In this document: in pieces, positions 1-13,900 of the stretch
Layout of the letters: every line of letters begins with the position of its first letter
Numbering within the stretch: position 1 is the first letter of the stretch
Assembly: GCA_021613535.1 (NCBI GenBank)
Contig: CP075497.1
Coordinates: forward strand, 11,098,001 to 11,162,000
Direction of reading: 5' to 3'
Source: Adineta vaga
Lineage: Eukaryota > Animalia > Rotifera
DNA: 64,000 bases
Translations under genes and position numbers: made by a program
Notes under the pieces: generated by a model
What the model saw: only the letters and a program-made list of their open reading frames with translations
What the model was told of the DNA's origin: nothing
Database searches by the model: none

Positions 1-122
1 AAATCTCAAAGTAGGGCGTGAAAAGGCGTTAATATACTTTTCTTTTTCTTCGTCTATGAATTGATCATGAAAATATCTTTTCATTATTTGCTTTCAGTAT
101 TTATGAATAATATGTTTTAAGC

Positions 123-2820
<2,698 letters not shown>

Positions 2821-4415
2821 ATGCGATGGATTTGATTTGTATTTTCTTATATAAATATATATGTATATGTATCTGTATGTAATACTGTGATCCTTTAATG
2901 TTCCTTAACATTGTTTGAGTATAATCATATGTTTATATGAAAATACTCATTGATGTTCGTCTTTCCATAGATAATATATTTCCGTTCAATCATTTTCTAT
3001 GTTTACTTGTTGTTTGTTAGTGTTCGAAATGAATTCTACAATGAAAGAAGAGATCGCTATAACAATGGTATTTTGCAAATAATTTCAATGACCTCTAACT
3101 TACGTAATGAAAAAAACCTATTTATAGGTAGACTTATATTGATTTGAACGAAAGTATTTCTATCTGTCTTTTATTGATCGAAAATAACTTGTACAAGACT
3201 TTCCATCTTCATCTCATAGTAGTCGGTCAAATTTAATGTAACAGCACTGAATAGAGTCATTTGAAAAAATGTATCTGTTACTTAGAAGAAAGGATAATAT
3301 ACAAAATACCCAATTGTAAATAACTTTTCTTGAACTATGTATATGTGTCCAATTCTATTCAATATGTAACGATAGTTATTAAAACAGTTAATGTAAGAGA
3401 TATCGATCTATCAAGAACGTAAGTCAAAACTACTTTTCGTATGTGAAATGAACAGAAGACTAGTCGATAGAAAGAAAACATATTATGCAAAATCATCATA
3501 TGTTATGTGTATTGCACGAAAAACAGAAAAGAGTCTGGTAATGTTTTCGAATCTTAAGTTATGCTCAACGTTTTTAAAAATTAGTAGAAAAACTTGTACT
3601 CTAAATCTGAAATTGGACTTTGCGTTCATATGGTTTCCTACATGCTCATAACTTCACTCTATAAACATCAACTGAACTTTTATTGAATCCACAACTCTCT
3701 TTGTCGATGACACCAAATGGCTTTCCACTATTCGCGAGAAACAATCGCGTACTAATAGTTACACCTGAAACTGGCATAAAGCATTCCAATTATTTAAAAC
3801 TCGAAATATTATAACATTGTTTACTAAAACAAGAAATTACAGCAGATACTGAATCGAACTCGACTAGAATACTGGACTGAATTTAATCATTCGAGAATTA
3901 TAACTCTCAGATTCGAAAACACTAAATACAAAAAAAAACAGACTGATAGACGAATTTGTAATTATATTTTTTATTTTATTTATTGCTACATATATGAGAT
4001 GAATTATACAACATTTGCACTCAGTAATGAATGTTAGGGCATGATCGAGGTAACGCTACAACAATACACAGATTTTTCTATTCGAGATTTGAAGTACTCA
4101 ACTCATCAGTTCACGTACTGGGTTTTAGTACGTACTCACACGTGCGAACTGTTATCTGATAAAATGCGTGAAATTATCAACTTTAGCGACATCTTCGTCA
4201 AAATTGTATTAATTATTATAATTTTTGTGAGAAATAGCTTTTTATATAGAAATTTTTTTTTCATTTAAATATTCTCAAACTGTAATTGTATTAGTTAGGA
4301 AAGCAGTCCAATCAAACTTTGCAATGATTAGCTCTCTCCAATCTCGACTCGAAATTAAACTAAATAAGTTTCTATTTAGTGTTCGGATATTCAGACAGTT
4401 TGAATTTCATCAATC

Positions 4416-7305
4416 ATGCTTGATGAATATCGTAGTCGAGCATCGTTTTGTCCAAAACGTATGCGAAATATATTTGATGATGAAGCATCACAAGCTTATC
4501 GAGTAAGATGAAAAATTCAATCATCAAATTCAATCACATTTAGTATTATTAGACAAAAGTCTGGTCCATATTAGGATCTAAACCTGTATTTCGTCAACCA
4601 CAATTTCCAATACCAATCGATGAATATAAACATTTAACATATCTTCGTTGTAAAGAATTAATTCAAGCAAATTTATTAAGCGATGATGAAATGTTCGACA
4701 ATCCTCGACATAAAATTATTCTTGAACAATGTCTCGCTATGTATGATTCATCATGTCATGCAAAATATACACTTTCAATGACAGTTTTTCGTGAAACAAT
4801 TCGAACATTAGGAACACAAAGACATGAATATATTTTAGATCTTGATCAAAACCATCAAGTGAGGAGAAGAAAAAATCCAGTTATAGTTTTTGTTTATTAA
4901 ATACAATTCAATTTGAAATTAGATTTTCGGTTGTTTTGCTTTAACTGAATTAGCACATGGAAGTAATACGAAAGAAATGCGAACAAGAGCAACATACGAT
5001 CCATCAACCCAAGTAAATTTTCATATTTATTTAAGAAAACTTCTGTTTAATTTGTATATATATATCTGTTTATTAAAGGAATTTGTTTTAAATACACCTG
5101 ATATTGAAGCAATGAAATTCTGGGTTGGGTAAATAATAATATCTTGTGTCCAGTTCCTATTAAAATAAGAACGTGTTTTTTTTTAGTAACTTGGGTTATC
5201 AAGCAACACATGCTGTTGTTTATGCACAACTTTACACACAGAATACTTGTTATGGACTTCATCCATTTGTTGTACCAATTCGGTAGATAGTACTAATGAT
5301 GTTACAGAACATAGTTTGAGATGATATTCAATTGTAGTGATCCATTGACATATAAAACATTTCCTGGAGTTGAAGCTGGTGATATTGGAGCCAAATGTGG
5401 ATGGAATGGTATTGATAATGGGTATTGAAATGATTAATGAATTTTGACATTAAAAGAATGTTGAATTTTTTAGTTTCGTAATGTTTCGTAATTATCGAAT
5501 TCCACGAGAAAATCTTCTTAACAAACATGGTGATGTTTTACCAGATGGAACCTATAAAACGCAATTTAAGGTAACAGAGCATAAATATGAAGTTTTACAA
5601 CTCATAGACAGATTTGTTTGAGAACGAATAGACATTAGATAGAAGCTTTCAAAGTTTCGATCTTTATCTAGTAGTTTTCACTCAGAAGAAAAGAATAATT
5701 GTGCACTGTTTCTTTTGCATTTCTAGACATCAAACAAACGATTTGGAGCTAGTCTTGGTGCATTATCATCTGGTCGTGTTGGTATCAGTAGTTTAGCAAT
5801 CGGTTTATTAATTAATTGTAGTACAATTGCAATTCGATATTCATGTGTTCGAAAACAATTTGGACCATCACCTGGTGTCGAAATACCAGTTATTGAATAT
5901 CAAACTCAAGTATTTAAATATTTTCTTCAATGATTCATTAAAAGCTTTTTTCTCTCTCTGTCTCTCTTTAAGAATTGGCGTTTAATTCCAATTGTTGCAT
6001 CACTCTATGTTTTTCGTACATTAGCATTATCAGTTTTTGATAATCTTGCTGAATTCTATGCATTGTCGATGTCACGTGATGAAAGTGATCAAGATTTACT
6101 TGCAGATATGGGTCGAGAACTTCATGCGCTATCATGTACATGTAAAGCCATCTGTACTTGGAATACACAAAAGGCATGTCAAGAATGTCGCGAAGCATGC
6201 GGTGGTCATGGATATTTATATGGTAGATTAATATCATCAAATAATTGATTATTAAATTTCTCTATCTTTTCTTTTTAGCAACTGGTTTTGGTAATATTCG
6301 AAATGATAATGATCCGTCATGCACATTTGAAGGTGATAATAATGTTTTATTACAACAAGCATCAAATTATATTTTATCGACGTATGAAGATCTTTATTCA
6401 AACAGTAAGTTTTAATCTGAACAAAAAATCTATATTCAATTGCAATGATTTGTTTTCTTGATTTGTAAAGATATAGAAATTCATAGTCCATTTGAAAGTA
6501 TTTTTTTTATTAAACAAATGAAAAATGTCCTTCAAAATAATCGTTGTTCAATTACACCTGAATGTCATACGAAAGGTAAGGTGTTCTTTAATGATGAAAA
6601 TATATTCATCTAACTAAGATTTATTTGTCTATAGATTTAATCAATGCCGTTGAATGGCTCTTATGTTATATTCTTGACAAATCGACACGAAAAATAAATC
6701 AATTAACAACACGTGGAAATCTATCAGCATTTGATTTAAAAAATACAGCACAAGTTTATCATCTTCGTTCATTGTCGCTTATTTATATTCAAGTAATGAA
6801 GAAATCTTCGTTGTTTGTATTTAAAAATCTTAAACAAAATTTCTTTCATATTTTAGCGAACAGCAATTGTTCGATTTTTACATTATATTGAAAATAACGA
6901 AGAAATGGATACAAAATGTAAATTTGTCTTGGAAAAATTATTAATAGTTCATACATTGAAATTTCTGGAAGAAAATCTCACACTATTATTTGAAGGAAAT
7001 TATTTGACAAATGGTTCGATTAGTCTTTGGATACAAAATCGTTTAATTGATTTATGTCATGATTTACGAAATGAAGCTGCTGCATTGGTCGACGTTTTTG
7101 CACCACCTGATCATATTCTTAATTCAGTTTTAGGTGTTAGTGATGGAAAAGTACGTTACTATTCATTTGTATTATTAAAATACAATTCTATTTATGCATA
7201 TTTTAGGTTTATGAAGCAATAAATAAAGTTATACATACAAATAAACATACATTTGTAACACCAACATGGATTAAAGAAGATTTAAAGCAACGTAGTAAAC
7301 TATAA
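4416..7305 (+). CDS. ACOX3: Peroxisomal acyl-CoA oxidase 3-like, multi-exon
   Basis: N-terminal [10 protein letters not shown], then [63 protein letters not shown] and [13 protein letters not shown]. Ends ...QRSKL* (PTS1 signal). Confidence 0.93.
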
Positions 7306-7917
7306 GAATTGACTTATTGAGTTTCGTTTTTTTTTATCTATGATTTTAATCAATAAAGATATATGTGATTAAAGAATGACAAACCGTACTTTTATTGCTC
7401 TTCTTTTTTTAGATCTGAACATCTTTCTAGATGCGAGAAACGAAAGAAATCGAAAGGTAAATATCAGATTACTTTCAATATAGCCGAGACGAATAACCTC
7501 GAAGTTAAAAAGACGTATTTTGTCGATGATACGATCGATTGACATGATAAATATCCTTGATTTTGTCAAATAGCTATTTCGTATTGAACAAATGTCGAGA
7601 TAATATCAATTCATAAGCAATAAAGATTGCAATCAGAATGATTGGATGTTAGTATTATGTTTACAACGAACCTTCTCGAATATGAATATGTCTAGTACGA
7701 AATCTTCGTCATTATTGTTTATTGAATAAACGATATTTTCTGTATCATATTTCAACACGAAGACTATTTGTGATCGAGTCACTGAGTTTGATCAATTAAA
7801 GAATGAAAAAAAAAACGTTTAAATGATCATTTTTGAGAATCTAAAGAACAATCAATAGAACATCATTTGTCAATGATATAAATATTTTTTCGATCTAATT
7901 TATTCAGTACTGTACAA

Positions 7918-10900
7918 ATGCGTTTATATGCTTTACATAAACGTCAAATTGCGGTTGTTTTTGCCCTTTTCTTTATTGGTTTGTTGATCACTCTTATAAT
8001 TGGTATCTCTGGTCCTTCCGTTATCCAAACAAATGATCTGAAATTAATTAATCATCCGAATCAATTAGTAAATAATGTTCTTTTTCTTTTGAAAGTTTTT
8101 AAACAAAAAATGTTCTTTTTATCATTGTAGTCTGGTCCATATAAACTTGAATCAAGTTATCTCGATAAATTTCATCAACGTCTTTGGTTAACTATGAAAT
8201 CTACAACTGATTTAGATGGTAAGTATTCAAAAGAAAACGGGAATGAGAATATATATTGTTGAAGTGAATTTCATAAATGAAATCAATATTGAGCTTACTT
8301 ATGGAAATGACTTCAACATTATAGATATTTTATTTGAGAAGCTAAAAATTTAATAAAATGTTTCTTTTTCTTTTTAATATTTATTGAAGATGAGTTTCGT
8401 CAATCAATCAATGTCACTATATCTAGAAATAATCCATCTTCGTCATCAAATTCATCAATATATGAACGTCAACGAATGATTCATTGTCAAAAACAAGTTA
8501 GTACTAAAGAATGAAAAGAAAAGCTTTCAAAAGTTAAATTGAGGTGGAGGAGGAGGAGGAGAAGATGAATAGATGACTTTTGTTGGTTGTGTGAATGACG
8601 TTGATGGTACTAGACCTGACGTTGATTTCACAACACGTGTTGCTTGTCCATTTGTTTTTGGTGGAACTTTTACATGATAAGTACCACCACATAAAGGTGC
8701 TGAGGGTGATTGATGAACAACACGTTCTTGAATAACAGGTGGTGGTTTCGATGGTACTTCTACAACTTGATAAACATATTGTTTTGGTTGAGGAACAACA
8801 ACAACTCGTTCGATGACATCTGGTGGTGGATCAGGTAATCGTTGTCGTACAACTTGAATTTGTGGTGGAGGTTCAGGTGCATAGTAGATTTCTTGAATAT
8901 GTTGTGGTTGATAATCGATAGATATTGATGTATTGCAACAAGGTAAAAATGTTGTATGATTAGAAGAACTATCAACGTCAAGGACAGTATTGTATAGATA
9001 GGCCATTATAAGTTAAAATGCAATTTGATCAAGAATATTTAGGGCTTTTAAATAGAGTCAACGATGGAAATCGTGTTTTTCTATAACTCGTGTAAATAGT
9101 GATGTTTGTTTATCGCAGTCATGCAAGCATGACCAAGTTATGGTAAAATAGTATTTATGATAATAAAGAATATGTTTATGTGTTTTTATCGAACCCTCAT
9201 GTGTCCTTAAGAAGCATAAAAAAAAGAATATTTTCGTTGTAAATTAGTAGAACACTTAAATATGTTTTTCTACGCATCAAATACATTTAAAAGGAAAAAA
9301 AATAAGCTTGCTGCTTATCTGATGTTAAACTAGGAGGTAAATTAGAATGCTAAAGATATCTAATGTGATAACAAATTACTTTACTCGTGATGTAGTAAAT
9401 ATTTTCGCTTAGGTACAAACGTTATCTAGATAATATGAACTAATTGACTAGCTTTTGAATAAATTGTTTTCATCTTATAAATGTATCTTTTTAAAAAAAG
9501 TCGAAACATATTAATCATTGTAGACAAAATAAACGAACTACACTGATTTGTCATTAGAAGCATATTAATTGTTGTTTAGATCATTAGCAAATAGAAAGAA
9601 ACTTCATTTGATTCATGACTTTGACCTTTCTTTGTCACCTAATAAAATATTAATCAAAATCAAATCTTGTTCTCAATTTCTTTCGTATATGATAAATGAG
9701 CGTCTGCGATCTTAGATCATTGAGTGTATTTATCGCAGTATACGGAAAAAAATGTATATATTGCTTGCATTGTTCTTTACTTAGATGTAATCGTATTATG
9801 CATATTCATATGTGCTATTTTATTAATCACCTTCGAATAGAGGGTTCATAAACGTTTGTTTCTATACATATTCAAAGCCACATATATGTAAATATGCTCG
9901 TTCGAGCGAAGCACGTGCTATAATACACGATCGCAACTAATCAAATCGATCGCGCAATATGTACCTTTTTTGCAATTACATGCGCATCATTCTAATTAAG
10001 AAAGAAGGTTCTTCTTTTCCTTATTCTCCTATCATTTATCAATGAACAAGCGTAGAACAAAAAGAAATTGTTTGCAAATGTACAATAGTGTCCGTAAACC
10101 TTGATGTGCTCGAATAAGCAATGCTACATGTAACTGCCCTTCGCTCTCTGAATCCAATTTTTTTTATATATATTACCGAGACTGATCAGGGTCAGGAGAG
10201 AAAAAAAGATGTTCATGGTCGCGAAGCAAGTGTCCTATAAATACACCTGTTTCTTAGCAGTCTATTTCATATACTATTGAACGCCCTCACGATATACAAT
10301 ATCTTCTTCGTCAAATTTTAGGTGAGCATTGTTGAGTTTTATATTTCTTTTTTTTCCACTATTCTCAGCCTTTTTTAATATAACCGTTGTCGCCATCATC
10401 ACCATCACCATCACCAGGAATACTAACATATAGAATATATCAACTTCTGTAGATCATCTTTTATGATGGTTTATGTGTATTCTGTATATATAATAAAGAG
10501 ACAGAAAGAGGCCAAGAAGGAGATAAATATATATGAGAAGAATGATGAATCCTTAGTCTATACTCTCGATATTGATGAAAATCAATAGATATTAATTGAG
10601 TTCTCGTTCAAATATATTGAACAGATATCTCTATCTCTATCTATGTATATATATATATATATACATGACGAGTATATAGTGTTCCGAAAAAGATCCCTAG
10701 TATTCTTCTGAATGCTCTCGTATTTATAAAGCACAAATAGTTTGAGTAAACCCACACAGGAATGGGTCCTTACAATCAATTTACAACGCAAACAGCAACT
10801 TACACATCGTCTTCAAGACTACAAGAAAGCAGCAACGGATCAGTTGGTGGTGTTACACAGAACATTAGCAACCCTGGCGGTCATAAAGGCCATGGAAAAC

Positions 10901-13900
10901 GATCTAGTACTACAACAAGTACAAGCTCATCAAGCTCATACAATTACAAACGCTATCCAGCTGGGTCGTATACTCAAAAGCAGGCTGCAGTTGGAGGCAG
11001 TGTTGGTGGAAGTACTTATTATGAACAGCAACAATATAACACAAGTAGTGGTGGAGGAGCTTATGGAACTTTTAGTGGTTATGGTGAATCTTATTATGGA
11101 AGTGAAGCTGGCTGTAAGTCAGGTGACATGTATCAAAATCGTCGACAAGGACGTATTCGTCGTCAAGCTATACGTTTACCGGATCAACCGGGCCCTGTAA
11201 GACAGGTTCGGCATCGAATGCCTACACCAGAACCAGATATACTTGAACGCGTTTATATTCGTCGGCAGCCAAGTGAAATTGTAGAAGAAATTATTGAAGA
11301 ACCAACTACTCCACCACCACGTATTCAAGAACGTACTGTTTATGAACCATCTGAACCACCACAAGTCGTACGTAAAGTTATTCGTGTACCACCTCGTAGT
11401 CATGCTTGTCCGATTCATCAACAAGAAACATTGAATCAATATGGAAGTTCTAGTGGTGCAAATACACCAGCAGCTGGTGGTGGAGCTTACGGTGCTGGAT
11501 ATGGACATACAGGACAAGGCTATAATACTAGTGGTACATATTATCAAAATAATAACAATAATCATGGTAATCATCACCATCATCAACAACAACAACAACC
11601 ACAACAGCATCATCATCAACAAGTACAACAACCACCACAAGGTTACGGACCTCAACAACAAGCTCCACAAGGATATGGACCTCAACAACAAGTTCCACAA
11701 GGATATGGACAGACTGGTTATGAAAGATATCAAGGATCACAGGCACCAGCAGGTAGTGCTCCGTTCGGTTATAATCCAGCCAATATACAAGGTGTAGCCA
11801 ATACCGGAATGTATCCACCTCAAGCAGGAGCGCCGCCACCAAACTTCTCACAAAATGCTTTCTGCTTTGATGTAACTGGTGCTGGTGCCCCAACGTCTTA
11901 CGCATCCCAATCCGCTCTTTCTAGTTATGGTGCAAATCCTCAGGGCTTTGGTGGACTACCAAGAGCCGCACATTTCGGAACCCAAGGGTTTACTTTCGGA
12001 GGAGCTGCTCAGAATTATAACGGAGCAGCAGGTTCTGGACTAGCACCGGGAGTAGGAGCAGCTCCGGGTCTAGGATTAACACCAGGTTTAGGAGTAACAC
12101 AGGGTTTAGGAGCAACAGGGGGTTTAGGACTAACACCAGGTTATGGTGCAGGAACTAGTTACGGAGTCACGCAATTTGGTGGATTAGGAGGTTTTCCTAG
12201 TAGCACTTTTGGTGGTGGTGCATCAGGTTTTGGTGGCGGCTTTGGTGGGGGGTTAAGTACCATCGGCAACTATGCTGCTGATGGTAGCTTCGGAGGTGGA
12301 TCATTCGGTCAAGGCCTAGCAGGTTATGGAGCACAAATTAATCCGTTCGCTGGAAGTTTTAGTGGTGGTGCAATGTCTGGTTTTGGTGGATTTGGTGGTA
12401 CTGGGTTCAGCAGCTCAATGGGTGGTTTAGGTGGATATGGCAGCTCTATTGGCGGCTTTGGTGGCCTTCCATTTGCTAGTAGTGCTTCGTTTGGTGGATT
12501 AAGCCCATGCTGTCCTCCACCATGTCCAATGCCATGCCCGCCAATGCATTGTCCAATGCCATGCCCACCGATGCATTGTCCAATGCCATGTCCTCCACCT
12601 TGTCCTCCACCACCAATTATTCAACACGTACCATGCCCAGTACCTGTACCTGTACCTCAACCATGCCCTGTACCTGTGCCACAACTTTGTCCTGTTCCTG
12701 TACCTCAACCATGTCCAGTTCCAGTTCCTGTTCGCGAATGCATTCCTGTTCCGTAAGTAGCTATTTTTTCATTCATTCATAATATTTAGAAATTACATTT
12801 CAAATCTCTTTCCTTATAGACATCCTGTACCATGTCCTGTACCGGTCCCAGTTCCACAACCTCAAATCCAAGTATGTTAAGAAACATTTTCATTGAAAAT
12901 GGATTTTATTGTTTACAATGACTATCTTTTTTTACTTCGTAATTGTAGTGTGTACCTGTCCCTGTTCCTCAACCATATCCAGTAGCTTGCCCTGTACCAG
13001 TTGAACGAGTGGTTTGTCAGCCAGTGTAAGTATCTTAAATGAAACAAATATATTCATTGATTTTTTTTCTTCTTCATTTCTGTTTTCGTCTTTTAGTTGT
13101 ATTCCTGTTCCTCAACCATGTCCACAACCCTACCCTGTTCCTGTACCACAACCTTGCCCAGTCCCTGTTCCTGTTCCAGGTCCTACTCAAGTAAGCTACA
13201 TGAAAATTCATCATTATTTTCTGTCATATATCATCAATCATATTAACTATAAATTATTACGCATACTTTTTCTTTCAATAGTGTGTACCCGTTCCTGTAC
13301 CTCAACCATGCCCTGTTCCTGTACCACAACCTTGCCCTGTTCCTGTTCCTTGTCCTGGTCCACCACAATGTATACCTGTGCCTGTACCTGTTCCTTGTCC
13401 TTGTCCACCTCCTCCAATGTGCTGTCCACCTCCTCCAATGTGCTGCCCACCTCCTCCAATGTGTTGCCCACCTCCTCCAATGTTCTGTCCACCTCCTCCA
13501 ATGTGTTGTCCACCTCCTCCAATGTGCTGTCCACCACCACCGATGTGTTGTCCACCCCCACCGATGTGCTGTCCACCACCGCCGATGTGCTGTCCAAATC
13601 CCTGTGGTCCTTTTGGTGGCGGGTATGTCAAGGATTCGATTGCTTCGCTTGCTTCATTTCCCATTTTGCTTTGCACTATAGGTTGGGAGCTTATGGAGGT
13701 TCATTAGGAGGCTTCGGCAGCGGCCTAGCAGCCTATGGTGGACCTCTCGGAGGGTATCGCTAGCTAGAAACATAGTTCGATGAAATCGATTAATTGAAAT
13801 TTTATCTATTTTTAGTGGTTTTGGTGGAATCTGTGGTGTACCAATTGGCTTTGGTTTTACGACGACTGTTGGTGGTAGTTTAGATCCTTTTACAGATGAT

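Noticed and set aside
11176-12782. Several extra ORFs overlapping gene B
   Set aside because: They are by-products of GC-richer low-complexity coding sequence.
13399-13587. Regular short repeats resembling a CRISPR array
   Set aside because: They are contiguous coding repeats without spacers, in a eukaryotic context with no cas genes.
13247-13681. Overlapping ORFs with GQHIGGG, TLEEVDS and HLLQCAV repeats
   Set aside because: These are alternative-frame and antisense shadows of the 21-nt CCPPPPM repeat. Only the CCPPPPM frame fits the splice phases.
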